Origin: Mobula birostris
Lineage: Eukaryota
Reading direction: 5' to 3'
DNA length: 64,000 nt
Assembly (NCBI RefSeq): GCF_030028105.1
Contig: NC_092370.1
Coordinates: 94,818,969 to 94,882,968 of the forward strand
Shown here: positions 24,690 through 38,400 of the stretch, piece after piece
How the letters are laid out: the number at the start of each line of letters is the position of its first letter
Position numbering within the stretch: position 1 is the stretch's first letter
Notes under the pieces: generated by a model
Seen by the model: the letters and a program-made list of their open reading frames with translations, nothing else
The model's database searches: none
What the model was told of the DNA's origin: nothing
Translations under genes and position numbers: made by a program

Positions 24690-25429
24690 AACAGGGAAGG
24701 ACTAGTTTATCTTTTAAGTCTGTGGATCAGTTTAGTTAGGCACTTAGTTACTAGATTAATTAGTTTGGCACAACATTGTGGGCCAAAGTCCCTGTTCTAT
24801 GCTCTGCTACGTTCTATGTTCCAACATAATGTTTCAGTTTCAGACACGATACCTTTCAAAGCTTCTGCTGCCTTCTTTGGCAATGTGTTGGCTGGCAAAC
24901 TAACCATCTGTGTAGCTAAAAGCTATCAATTTTATATTCACGAACATTTTTGTTGGCTTTCATTCTGGGGCAAAGCCAACTCCTGTAAAATTTGCAAATG
25001 GGTTGTGAGAATCCAAATTGGACTAATTTAATTATAAGCACATATCAGAAGTACCACCCAAACTTGATATTGTTCCCATTCCTGTAGTTGGCAAGGACGG
25101 ATGTTAATTCTACCAGCCAAGACTGTACTTTAACACAGCCCAAGGCATGAGAAGATGCTGTGTTAATGCACTGCATTATTCTAACATGGCAGAGGAATCA
25201 GGTTCAGCTAAGCCTGTTTAAGGTCAATGGGAATACACAATTGAAATTCAATTTGAAAATTATCAGCCATTGAAGATGGAGCTGATAAAAAAGGGTTTTT
25301 CAAACCACAAAAAAGATCATATCAAAACCGGTAGGGTATATGTGAACTTAGGAATTTGCAATTGAATAGCAAGTTATCTATCAGGAATAGCATGAATAAC
25401 ATATTTTCCATATTTTATCACAACACACA

Positions 25430-25740
25430 GGTCATATGGCTCATTGAGTCTACACTAGCCCATAAAGGAATCCAATGAATTCTATGGCCCTACTTACTTA
25501 ATTCTGTCCACTTTTCTCTCATGCCCACTAACTCCTCACTAAATTTTCTACAACCCTGCCAAAAAAAGAACTTCAGAGATCAATTAACGTACATACAAAC
25601 TACCACATCTGTAGGATGTGAGGGGAAACAGATGTCCATGCAGTCATGGTGAAAACATACAAACTAACAAGCAGAAGGTCAGGATCAAACAAGTCCTTAA
25701 AGTTTTGAGGCATAAGTATCAACTGCTGGACAGCTAGGTC
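25430..25740 (-). mobile_element. Decayed V-SINE-like element
   Basis: GGATGTGAGGGGAAAC..CATGCAGTCATGGTGAAAACATACAAACT core on plus reading; homologous to 26300-26550 and 48735-48935. Confidence 0.55.
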
Positions 25741-25761
25741 TTCAAGAAAATTATTCACTTG

Positions 25762-25935
25762 ATGAACACAAGAGATTCTGCAGATGCTGTAGGATCCAGA
25801 GCAACATACACAAATTGCTGGAGGAACTTAACAGGTCAGGCATCATCTACAGAGGAGATGAAAAATTATTGATATGCAACAATAATAATGCTGCCTGATT
25901 AGCTGAGTATTTCCTGCATTTTTTTTGTATTTGTT
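25762..25935. repeat. Penelope terminal-repeat fragments in inverted arrangement
   Basis: TTGCTGGAGGAACTTAACAGGTCAGGCATCAT faces ATGCTGCCTGATTAGCTGAGTATTTCCTGCA; same family as 23215 and 41136. Confidence 0.7.
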
Positions 25936-26299
25936 TAAGAGAGCCCTTTTAGAAATGCTCAACATTTATTACATCATTAGGCTTTAACAAAGTTTTTCAG
26001 ATTTCTCAGATAGGTTATAAAAGTTACTTTTAATTAACTAGAGAACACATTCCATAGTTTCCACCTTTGCATCGGAAATTTCAAAACCATCCTCAATGGT
26101 GCCAAAACTATCCCCCTCCCAAAAGAAAACAAGCAGAATGTGAAAAATAGTTCATATTCAGCCTACTTTTGCCATTTATTCTCAGATCTCACACTATTCT
26201 TTCAAGAGTTGTACAATAGTCCCAGGGAATGCTGAACAACAGAACAGAACATAATGCAACCACAACATTGACACCAAGGAGAATCAACTTAAAGAATCA

Positions 26300-26550
26300 C
26301 AGCACACAGAAGTCCCTTTAGTCCACTGAGTCACCACCAATTATAAAGCTCACCCACTTTTGAAATTCCTACGGTAATCCTGTTCTATTTTCCCCATACC
26401 CCAATCAACTCTCCCTGATTCTATCACTCACCTGCTGCAATTTACAGTGACCAACTAATCTACCAACTAGCACATTTTTGGGATGAGAGGAAACCAGAGC
26501 ACATCAACTGATGATTCAAGCTCCACACAGACGGCACCAGTGGTCAGGAA
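26300..26550 (-). mobile_element. Decayed V-SINE-like element
   Basis: TTTGGGATGAGAGGAAACCAGAGCAC..AAGCTCCACACAGACGGCACC. Confidence 0.6.
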
Positions 26551-27527
26551 TAAATCTAGTGGAAGAAGGAGTTTTTAGTTTCTTACAAAATATCTTCCTT
26601 ACATATGGTGTTTCTGGCAACCAAAAACGTGGCATTCCTAAAACCTCTGAGAATTAATCTGACCCTAGTAGTAACTGTGGAGACCGAACATCAAAGCCCA
26701 ACTTCTATACTTTTGACTGATCATTATATTACAAGTCTTTTTATGATTTTTCACATCACTGAAACTAATAATCTGTGGGTGAGGATATTAACTGTAATAC
26801 AACGTAGAACTATTGACATTTACTGCCAGCATTTTGGGATTACTACATAAATATAGAACAACCAAATGGCCAAGTTTCTCCAATATTTTCTTGACCGCAA
26901 CTTTATCATGGTGTCTCTGTATGGGGGTCAAGTGGTCTTGCTGAACCAGTGTTAAGCAGCAATTAAACTGGAGAATCTCCCCACTTAACTCTGGCATAAA
27001 AGTTCAAGTTTCTGTATTTAAATCATTAGGATTGGATAAAAGGTAGAATAGTAAGAATAAAACAAGTTGCAATGTTTCAATTAATTATATATATTGTTTA
27101 ATGTTTTACATGATGAAGTAATTATGTGAGATCAGTGTCATTAGTGCCTAAGAATCCATTGATTTAATATGTGGCACAAGAACAGAGGTAGTACAACAGA
27201 ACAGAGAGATGAAGAATGCTGAGATCCTGAAGACATATTTTTCTAAATAAATAGTTCTATTAGATAGAGATTCAGAACTTTGACTTGGTTTCTTTATGCC
27301 AAAACATAGTTAACTTCATTTAGTAAACCAATAAGTCTAGGGATTTACTCTAACATTTAGCAGGTTGTAAACATTTTCTCCTGTGCTTATTCTCTTCACT
27401 GTTATTGTTTCATTGGAGAAGAAGAGGCAAGTACATTTCTGAGAATGCCAAAGAAGATTCAGATCCTTTAATAGGTACCCATCCTTTAGGTTTTTAGGGA
27501 CCTCAGTTATTTCCCAGAAATGAAGTA

Positions 27528-27626
27528 AGTGGAGCTGAGGAGGGAAAAAAGGATCAGCCATGATTGAATGGTGGAGCAGACTCAATGGGTCAAATGACCT
27601 AAATCTGCTCCTATGTCTTATGGTAT
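27528..27626 (+). mobile_element. CR1 3' tail
   Basis: GATCAGCCATGATTGAATGGTGGAGCAGACTCAATGGG..CTGCTCCTATGTCTTATGGT; homologous to the rc of 43906-44000. Confidence 0.8.
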
Positions 27627-28599
27627 AAAATGATGCTAAGTTTCAGCTTGGAATACTTCAAAGAGCTTTGTTCCATCATATAGAGTTCAGCAAACTAAAA
27701 TAAAGAAAATGACAAAACTTAGATGTGGTTAACAAAGATACTAAAAGTGCATAAAATACTGACTATTGACTAAAACAAGGGTTAATCTTTTTATTCACAC
27801 CGTGGAACCTCTTGAACCAGAGGAGAAGAATTCAGTGAGTATGTCATTCATTTTAATGAGATTCGTGCACATTCACCAGCATTTGCAGGGGGTGGGAGGG
27901 GGGAGTAGGAAAGAATAATTCAATTCTACAAGTAGCCAAACTGTCCCAGTTCAATTGCCACACTGCTGTCTCTCTGACAATGTATTTTGCATTTCAGTTA
28001 TATAGATCCAAGCAGAAAAAAGATGAAAATGACTGACAATGGTATCATGGTTGCCAATTGACTAAGCATGGCATCAAAAAGTCCTGGTGAAGATGAAGTC
28101 TGAGGTCTCAGATGGAATCTTCTAATGGCTTTAGGTGTTCCTCTCTAAACAAGAAGATACTCGTGGCATTTGGAGATCAATCAACCCAGTCTCAGGCCAT
28201 TACTGCAAGATTTTTTTTGGGCACAATCATTTTCAGCTGATAAAATGAGACTGGAAGCAACTCCAGTTGAAAATCATCAGTAAGTGAAACAGCCCATACC
28301 AGCATGGATGATATTCTAGCATGGGCTACTAAATGGTAAGTAATATTCTTACTATAGAGTGCTAACAAGAGAGAGTCTAACCACCTTCTCTTGACATTTT
28401 GTGGTATTACTGTACTTTTGGGTTTCCTACTATCATCCTTCTGGGGATCACTATTGTCTGAAACTCAATTAGATCGACCGCATAAATACTTAATGTTCTT
28501 ACCACGAGCGATTCATCCCTTGGTTTCATCTTTCATAAGCCAGAATGAGTCATAGGTTACTTGTTTGGTTGATTGCAATATCAACACCACTCAAGAAAT

Positions 28600-29402
28600 T
28601 CAATGTTTCTCTTCTCTTCTCAAACACGTTCTCATTAGCATTAAGCAGCTTTACCAGTTTCTGGTTAGTGCTACTATTTGGTCTGCCATTGCCTGTTGAT
28701 GTCACACTGAGACTTTGATTGAGTGCCAGTCTAGTAGGATTTTTCTCAACCATTCATGTTCAAAAAGTTCTGGTCCTCCACTTTTCAATACATGAAGCTC
28801 TAACTGCTTGGCCTCCATATGTTACATTTACTTTCAAGTTGCCTTTGGGAGACACATTTTTACCTGCACAGGTCTTTAGAATCACTGAGATGTTCTCTTG
28901 ATATCTTAGGAAACAGTCTGTTGTAGTCAGCTTCTGGAATTATGGACCAAGCTGACCCTGTAATCCAGCTTCATTTTCAGTTGTACACCAGAAATGTCTA
29001 TAGTGATCCAGACAATTTTGTGATCTGCTTCAGTTATATCATGCAGTTCTAGCCTTGACAGTTCACCTTTGTCGGACTATGTTGTCTGATTCTGTTTTAT
29101 GCTCGGTAACTATGGATTTGCTTAGTTTTGTGTTTGAGACTTTTGACTCGGTTGTGCTTTTTGTCTGCCTTGCACACTCTGACACTTTCTGCAGACTTGG
29201 TCTTTGAACCAACAATCATTTGCAACATGGGAGGATTTGACACATTGATTACATTTTTGGATTTTTGCACCATTCAGGGATATTTTGGGCATTTCACATT
29301 CTAACCTTTTCTGTAGCTCTACGGCATCCTTTGCTGCAGTCTCTAACGATATTGCTATGGTCAATGCCCATTCCAAGGTTAGATCTCTTTTGAGTGCTTT
29401 GA
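28600..29402 (-). mobile_element. Ty3/Gypsy gag-protease fragment
   Basis: DLTLEWALTIAISLETAAKDAVELQ..CNQCVKSSHVANDC (CCHC knuckle)..CRKC, then WLRKILLDW linker. Confidence 0.8.
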
Positions 29403-29699
29403 CTATTCGGGGGGGGGGGGAGAGGAGAGGGAGAGAGACAGATATATATGAATTTTGTTGGGAGTAGTTTACTGAGGTATTCAGAATGTGGTGCTTCTGT
29501 AAGACCCAGGAATTAAGATTCCCAAGAAGCATAATGTGTCAGACTATGAATGCTCAGAGATTGCGGGAGTTAAAAATGAAGGGAACACATCAAGGTCATT
29601 AAGACTTGTTGGGAAATAGCTACAAGATAGGCTCATAAGAGAAACCTTCATTGATATCTGATCAATTTGTGACCACATAAAATACATTAAAAACTGCAC

Positions 29700-30018
29700 A
29701 CCAACTTAAAAGTTTCATCCCCCAAGCAGTTAATTTGATCAACCATTCCGGTTAGCCATTATCCTCTATCTATTACTAAGTCACTGCAATGCACTGTAAA
29801 CACTTTAAACCACCTTTTATAATGTTGTTTGCATTGTAAACATATGTTTTTATTTATGTATCTATGCACATTTTACTTCATATCTGTACTAATTTTATTT
29901 TAATGTAATTCTTTATAATTGTAAAATGTTGTTTTTAATTGCATGTAACATCAATACACCAAAGCAAATTCCTAATACTTGTAAATCTATATAGTGAATT
30001 AAATTGATCCTTGATCCT
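29700..30018 (+). mobile_element. Rex/Babar-like 3'UTR and tail
   Basis: CCCCAAGCAGTTAATTTGATCAAC followed by AT-rich UTR and TTGATCCTTGATCCT tail. Confidence 0.55.
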
Positions 30019-30966
30019 CTCAGCAGCTGATCCACCATCAGATGCACTCAAAACACTAAATTAATCATTAAAATTAATATTCAGTAAGGGCTTTCAAGCT
30101 TATGAAAATTATATTCAGAACCAAGACGAACTGAAATTTTCATTAAGAGAAAGGTGGACAAGAAGGTGTCTGGTATTGATTTTGAAAACAATATAGATTT
30201 AAGTGCAAGACATCAGCATCTGTAAATTTCCTCTTTAACCTTCTGGTCTGCAGCTGCTTCAGTCTGTGCAGTTACCCTTCAAATTTGTATGAAGCATGCA
30301 CCCTTGTCTTCATATTCTAGTGAGCTGATTTGGTTATGTCCATTTGTGTGCACTATGAGGATAAATGGGGCAATGGAAGCCTCCTTTTGCTGCACCTACA
30401 GCAACAAATTGGATGTCTCAATGACTGGCCAACAGATCTAGAAATGCAATGTGATTAATCTCAAGAACTAATTGGCAGCTAGCTGGCACAAACTTTACAA
30501 CATTCAAGTTAAATCATTGGTTCAGGGTCTTTAATGCTCAGTTGCAAGATTAATTTCTCATTTTTCAAATTGCATCTGTTTTCCATGGCCAAGGAATGCT
30601 CTGCCATAAGAACTGATTTAGTTTGATCTCATTTAGCTAAATAAGTTTCTAGCACAAATTTTTTTACTGGTATTTTCTGTAGGTGGTGTAGGGTGGATTA
30701 CCACATTAAATGACTTAGTGATTTAATTATTGTGAGTTAATTTATTACAGCCTTCTTCAATGTACAATGTAGGATTTAAGCATAGAGTACCACCCAAATA
30801 ACCCTTATTGCAACAATTAGATGATGAGCAAAAATGTTCCCCTAAACAATATATTCCTGACAAAAGTATTATAAGACAAAACATTGGTTAGGGAGATAAT
30901 TTTCGTGACAAATATACAGCCCTTTCAAATGAAGTTCATTGTTTATGTCCAAACTACTGAGATCTC

Positions 30967-31125
30967 ATACACAAAATACTGGAGGAACTTAGCAGGTCAG
31001 GTAGCATCTATGGAAATGAATAAACTGTGTTTCAGGCCCAGGCCCTTCATCAGCACTGGAAAGGAAGGGGGAAGATGCCAGAATAAGAAGATTGGGGGGT
31101 GGGGGGAGGAGGAAAAGCTGGAATG
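30967..31125 (-). repeat. Penelope terminal repeat with hammerhead-like core
   Basis: rc CCAGTG CTGATGA AGGGCCTGGGCCT GAAAC; flank homologous to 23221-23270. Confidence 0.8.
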
Positions 31126-31494
31126 TGAATTATCAACTATTTTCCATATTGCATGGAGAGAAATATTATGAAAGACTTCAATGAAATAGGAAGTCTTGGT
31201 TGGAAACTGTATCCAAAACAAAAACAGGAGTAATGATGTTTCCATTGTAGTCTTCATTGCAGTTTGTTAAGTGGGGTTCTGAAACTGGGTGATGTCCATT
31301 TAAAGAACTTAATTAGGCTTTTATGTTTGACAGCCTTTCAGCAGATCCAGTATTAGACTCAATTCTAACTCCGTCAGAGAGCTTGTAAATATCTCAGCAG
31401 CCTCAGTTTGGCACGGGGAAGGTCTCCATGTCTATCAGCAATTAAAGACATTGGCAGATATTCTAGGGAAGTAAAAAGTAACTTCATTTTTATG

Positions 31495-32300
31495 CTCCTG
31501 AGAATGCACATCTTCTCATGGACTCAGAACACATTCTATACAATCAGAAAAGCTTACCAATGTCTGTACTTTGAGGAGGCTGAAAAGAGCACGTGTATTC
31601 TCATGTCCTTCTATAGATGCATAACAAAGAGCATCCTAACGTGCTGCATCACTGTATGATACAGAAACTGCACTATAGTGGGCAGGAAGGCTCTACAACA
31701 GGTGGTCAAAACTACCCAAAACATCACCAGCACCAGCCTACCTGTCATCAAGAACATATATATAGAAAGATGCCAGAAAAAGGACAGGAACCTCATGAAG
31801 GATCTCACCCAGCTTGCTGATCGACTGTTTGTTCCACTCGTATCAGAGAAGAGGCTACGTAGCATCCATGCCAGGACTATCAGACTCAAAAACAGTTATT
31901 CCCCCCCCCCCCCCAGTAGTAAGGCTTATCAACACCTCCACCCACTAACCCACCCTTCCGCACCGCCCACCATCACGACTTTATCATTTACTGTCAGAGT
32001 CTCCTTATGTACAGACACTCCTGTGCAAGTGTCACTTTATGGACATTAAATCAATCCAGAAAAAGACCGCATGATCGAAGAAGTTGGAGGTGCCTAGCCC
32101 TCAACACCAGATTTGGGACGGCACCCACTGACTGCCTGATGTATATAAGCTATCTTATGCATTTATATTAATTGTGTTTTTATTTATTATGATACTTATC
32201 TAATTCTGTTTTGTTTCGCTGCCTTGGATCCAGAATAACAATTATTTCATTCTCCTTTACATTTCTGCACTGGAAATTATATTCAGCAATCTTGAATCTT
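31495..32300 (+). mobile_element. Rex1/Babar LINE 3' fragment
   Basis: FYRCITKSILTCCITV..RKALQQVVKTTQNIT..KRLRSIHARTIRLKNSY; AATCTTGAATCTT tail. Confidence 0.85.
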
Positions 32301-32724
32301 AAAATTTTGTCTTACATCAATTGATTTTCTTTGCTTGTGGGTTTTGGACACATGCAACACTTTTTTCCCCATACCAGCCTGAGATTGTCCTAATTTTCTG
32401 CTGTTTGTGCCATTTATCCACAGCCTCCTTTGAACTTTCTCCAAATATTGGGGCAGATGATCTGAGAACTCTTTTGGAATTTCATCTTCAAAAATACAGG
32501 GCACATTTACATTCAGGTGTCAATGCCCTAAGCAGACACTGCAGTTAAAATTTGCCTTTGAAGAAAATCAGAGTGAGGTTAAGCAACAATTTGAATATAC
32601 TGTAGTACTTCTAATATAACTAAATTCATTTGAGTCAGAGTCCAGAACTCAAACAAATCCTTCAGTTCACTCCATCCAATTGACTGTTACTGTATATCTA
32701 TCTATGTTATATCTGTACAGGAAA

Positions 32725-33945
32725 CTTTACTAATTTGTGATGTATATAAATGGCTTGGATGAAAATGTAAATGGGTGGGTTGGCAAGTTTGCAAATGATA
32801 TGAAGATTGGTAGTGTCATGGATGTCATAGAAGACTGGCAAATACAGCAGAATATAAATCAGTTGCAGATAGGAGCAGAGAAATGGCAGATGGTGTTTAA
32901 CCCAGCCACGTGTGAAGTGTAGCACCTTGATAAGTCAAATGTAAGGAGACAGTACACTGTTACGGGCAAGACCATTAACAGTTGTTAATGAGCAGAGAGA
33001 TCTTGGGGTCAGGTTCACAGCTCTCTGGAGGTGGCTTCACATGTTGATAGGGTTGTTTAGAAGGCATATGTCTCCTGCCCCACTAGAGGCCTGAATATAC
33101 TTGACCACTGCTACACAGCAGTCAAGGATGCCTACCATTCCATCCCATGACCTCACTTTGGAAAATCGGACCATCAGGCCGTACTCCTCCTCCCGGCTTA
33201 CAAACAGAAACTGAAGCGGGAGGTCACGGTGTCAAAAGTAGTGTCACGTTGGATGGAGGAAACGGATGAGGTCCTCCGTGACTACTTTGAATAAGTAAAA
33301 GATAAATAAGTAAAAGATGGTGCCGGTAACTGGCGACTTTGCACGTGGTCTCCTGAGCAAACTGCCCTCTCCACTATCCTATATGACATGATTACCTTTA
33401 TTAGTTGAGACACCAAGTTCAAAAGTCAGCTTTATAAAACTCTAGCTAGGCCACATCTAGAGTATTGCATATAGTTCTGGTTGCCACATTATAGGAAAGA
33501 TTTTGAGGTTTTGGAAAGGGCGCAGAAAAGGTTTACCACATGTGTAATAACAAGAATTTGGGTTGTTTTCTCTGGAGTTGTTGAGGCCGAGGAAAGATCT
33601 GATAGAAATTTATAATGTTATGAGAACCAGAGATGGAGTAGAGAGACAGCATCCTTTTCCCAGGGTTGAAATGTCTAATACCAGAGGGAATATATGGGGC
33701 TAATTTCAAAGGAGATGTGAGAAGCAAGTTTTATACACAGTAGTGGGTGCCTGGAATGTGTCTGGGGTAGTGGTAGAGGCAGATACATTAGAGACTTTTA
33801 AAAAATGTTTAGATTGCTATATGAATGTGAGGAAAATGGAAGGATATGGACATTGTGTGGACCGAAGGAATTAGTTTAATTGGTTCAGCATAACATCGTG
33901 GGCCAAAGGGGCTGTTCCTGTGCTGTACTATTCTATGTTCTATTG
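32725..33945 (+). mobile_element. CR1 RT to 3' fragment, interrupted at 33071-33380
   Basis: YINGLDENVNGWVGKFANDMKIG..EKWQMVFNP; TTCTATGTTCTAT tail. Confidence 0.88.
33071..33380 (+). mobile_element. Insertion containing a Rex/Babar endonuclease fragment, flanked by ATATG
   Basis: SCPTRGLNILDHCYTAVKDAY..FGKSDHQAVLLLPAYKQKLKRE; ATATG at 33066-33070 and 33381-33385. Confidence 0.75.
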
Positions 33946-35464
33946 TTCTCATTTGCCTGTATTAGGTCTGCAGCTTTCCATGCCCTGAATTGAAGCCCCT
34001 CCGTGAGGCACCACTTACTAGTTACCTTAAATAAATTAAGAACTAGAACTAGGAGAGAAGCTCTTGATAGATAGAAGTTGTAGGATTGAAGGGGAAAGTG
34101 TATGAGAATGGAATTTCACAACTCGTCTGTTTGTGGAAAGAACTGAGTTAATATTTAAAATAAAAAGATATGTCTTGTGAACTGAGTAACATCATTTTAG
34201 TTTCAAACCAACTATGATAAATATAATTAAAATGCCTATTTTGATTCACATAAACATTAACGGAATTTGTTTCCTTTTATTCTTTTTTTTTATCTTCTTA
34301 CTTGTTAAAACAATTTGTTCTTGGTCCGTAGATCTTGCTCCCCTACTCAAGCACTGTGGCCTCACTGGATCATTCCAATGACTTCATAACAGTGGTGCCA
34401 AGCGAGCACTAGCAGAACCCTTTCAGCTCCCAAATCTTTAATAACTATTTTACTGTTGGGATTTTTTTTCATTTCCCACACTACTTTTGCTGGCTTTCAG
34501 AATAACTAGTGCCCAACTGCTGTGAATCCCATGGACTGAGGCTGACAAAAGTCACGTATGAAAACTGTTAGATGGAATGGTAGAGGAAATTGAATCAAAC
34601 TCAAATACAGTAGAAGAATACACTAAACTACTTTAAAATCCTCTGTTGCAGTTTAATGTATAAAGAGTACTATTCAGAAGTCTTCAACTTCCTTTTAACG
34701 GATTAAACATTTACATATCAATAAAACAATCAAATATGTCCATGTGATTGCGAAAATAACTGTGGATTCTCAGCAGTTTACTAATCTCTCTGTTGCAAGT
34801 CAAGATATCATTTGACAACACTCCAATGTGTTTCTTGTCAATAAGATTATCAGAACAGTTCTAATAGTACTATTAGTTTTTTGAACTCCCTGCAAGCATG
34901 GATGTGATTAACTGCCATCATCATTGCTTTTCATAATATTCTCTACAAATCTATACTTCCAGACAAGCTGAGGTTAATTATGACTGTTGCCAACATCTGA
35001 CAGTTCCAGTAAAACTGTCTGTTGTGCTAAGATGCTGCAGGGGGGGCTTGGGTCAGGATGCAGTATGGTTGGAGCGATGGTGTGGAGACTGACGGATGCC
35101 TGATGGTAGATGGGTGGGATTAACATCAATTTTAGCAGGTATGAAAGCAGAAGTGGCATATTTTATGGAGGTGCTCCAACTGTATCAGCAGAGCCTCATG
35201 AGCAATTTTTAACATCTGGCCACATTGAAATCTTGGCTAGCAGTTGGGTGTGTACTGGAGCAAGGTCAATGGAGGGGCAGTACGTGGGAAGCTGTGGGTT
35301 CAACACTGGGGAGTCCTGGGAGTGTTGTGGCACTTGAACACAGATTAGATTACGGCGGAGGTGGGCTGTGTGGTTTTCAAAGGCGGGATGGGCAAATGTT
35401 GGATCTGGTTGTGAAGAGAATCAGACATGTTTGATTAAAAGACCATTGAAGGCTTTTCTGCTTA

Positions 35465-38400
35465 CAACAGAGCATAGAGCAGTACAGTACAGTACGGATC
35501 CTTCTGCCCACAATATTGTGCTGACCTTTAAACTTACTCCAAGATCAATCCAACCTTTCCATCCCACATAGCCTTTCATTTTTCTTTCAACCATGTGCCT
35601 ATCTAAGAGTCCCAAATGTAAATGCCTCTGCTCAACCACTGGCAGTGTGTTTCATGCCTCTACCACTGTGTAGATATATCTACCTCTGCCATTCCCCCCT
35701 CTCATATTAGCTATTGCCATCCTGGGAAAAAGGTGTTGGCTGTCCACTCTATCTATGGCCTAGCTTTCTCAGCCTTTTTTTCCATAAGATGTTCTCTAAT
35801 CCAGGCTGCATCCTGGTAAATCTCCTCTGTACCTTCTCTAATCCTTCAATATCCTTAATCCAGGTGTAGTATAACCAGAGTTTTGTAGAGCTGCAACATC
35901 ACCTTGTGGCTCTTGACCTCAGTCCTCCAACACAGCATACAGCTTCTTAACCACCCTACCAACTTGTGCAGCAACTTTGTGGGATCTACAGATATGGATC
36001 CCAAGATCCTTCTGTTCCTCCACGCAACTGAGAATCTTGTCATCATCCTTGTACTCTGCCTTCAAGTTGAACCCCTTTCAAAGTGTATCACTTCACGCTT
36101 CTCCATTGAGCTCCATTTGCCACTTCTCATCCTAGCTCTGCTTTCTGTCAATGTTCATTGTAACCTTCAGCAACCTTCTATACTATCGACAACATCACCA
36201 ACCTTCATGTCATCTGCAAGTGTACTAACCTACATATTATATCTTATAACTCCAAAACATAAAACTAACTGAAAGAAAAACAGAGCCAGCTAATGCATCA
36301 CTTAGTTTCACTTTGCTTTAAGCAAGGCGATCAGAAATGACATGGTAGCATAAAGATGTATGCCATTCATGTACTTCTTACATATAACCTACAATGAATT
36401 ATTTAAACAAAGAAAGTTTAATCAATTGATACGTTTATGATATCACTCAAATATTACTGTAATATTAAATAGTCAACTCTCTTCCCTGCTTAGCTGTGAA
36501 CTCCAACTGAATATAGAATTCATCTCAACATGCATACTATATAATACAACTACTATATAGACAGCCACAGCATAGCCAATTTTAAATTGTTCCATTCAGA
36601 CCTAAAGATTTAATCGCTGTGAAGGATTTCTTACTCTTGTGGGATAACATCTCTCCTGACAAAGTCAGTTACTCCGCTTGGCAGGGGAGACTTGTAGCTT
36701 TGAAACAATTTCAGATTCTGGGGCCTCCATTGTCGTGGTTGCAGTAGTTGGCTCTGGGACTGCAAGAAATGGTTCTGATAGTTCTGGCCACCTTTCTTTT
36801 CTAACAGTTGAATCTGCTCTCCTCAACTGATTGATGTGTCATTTCCAGATGATATCAGACAATCTCCACTGTTTTAAGAGAGTGGTCTAATTCTGTTTTT
36901 AATCTTTCCAAGTACACACTTTTGCTCACTTCTGTAGTTCCCAGGACTGTTTATCTAGGACCGAAACACCAAACCTCCTTGTTTGAAGAACCCTCAATTT
37001 GACTCAGCTGTAGGTTCTGTAATTTTTCTGTGCAGCAATAAGGAAACATGATGCAAAGGCTCCGGACTGCTCACTTACATCACTCATAACACGTAACGTT
37101 ACTGCACCAATACTACAAAGCGAGGCCTCACAGGCAAACTTCACTGGACGTTGTGGATCATAATGTGTGAGTAGTGTCTGACATCACAATTTGTTTTACC
37201 TTTTTGAAAGCTATCTCACACTACTATCTCACACATTGCCATTTCTTCCCAATCTATAGTCATGATTTCAAGGGGTGTTGCATAGTAGCCAGGTTTGGCA
37301 GGGATTTGACAAATCCTAGAAAGGACAGCAACTGTGACACATCATTTGCCCTTAGGCATCCACCACTGACTGAGTTTTCTCAGCACATTTGCGTAATACT
37401 TGAACACCAGTGGTAGCACCATAGTAAATAATGCATGATTTAAAGAATACACATTTATTGTGTTATGCCTTGAACCCATAATCTTCTAATCTTTTTAAAC
37501 ATTATTCTTAAGTTTTGGAGATGTTCCTTGTCATTCTTACCAGTAACAGTGATATCATTCAGGTAATATTGAGTGCCTGGGCAACCTAGCAATCATCTGG
37601 TCCATAGCTTTCTGCCAGAGTACAGATGCAGCTTCAAAAATAAGCCTATTATGGAGATAAAGCCCTTGTAAGTATTTATTGTGAGAAACACTTTGGACTC
37701 TTTTTCCAACTCCATCTGTAGGTAAGCTTTAGCTAAGTCCACTTTGGTGAAGTGATTTTCTCCAGATAGGTTTGCAAAGCTACCCTCTATCTTGGATTGA
37801 GGCTGTTGATCTACTTTCAGTACCTGGTTGATGGTGACCTTAAAATCACCACAGATCCTGACAAGCCCATCCTTCTGGCTACTGGGATCACTGGTGTTGT
37901 CTTTGGTGTCCACTGAACCTTGGAAAGAATTTCTTCAGCCTCCATGCAATCTAGCTCACTGGTTGCTTTATCAAGCATGGTATAAGGAACTGGATGAGCT
38001 TTGTAAAACTTGGGTGTGGAACTTTCGTTTAACGCTATTTTACCTTATTTAACATTAAGATTCCACAACCTAGGTGATTTCTCAGTGCATCATTAAACCC
38101 AACACTAAACTGACAATGGTCAGACAATTACTTCAATTCAGCCACGTAAACTGAAATAGACTCTCCTTCCTTTAGATTCCACAAATGAAACCTAAAGACA
38201 TCTGCAATTAACAATGGTTTTGTTTCTAAAGGTTCCTGCATTACTTTCACAGTATCAACTAAGCTTGTTTCAGTTGGAGCAGTTAAACTTCTCAGCAAAC
38301 TGGATGATCTTCCACCTATTGCCCTCAGCAAAACTGACACTCGATTCTCATCGGCTATTTAATTTGCTTTAAAATAGTTCTAATCCGTTGAGAATACACA

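Noticed and set aside
34270-34420. Terminal exon after a strong pyrimidine tract (CGTAG|ATCTTG)
   Set aside because: All frames close within 27 codons, no recognisable peptide, no linked upstream exon.
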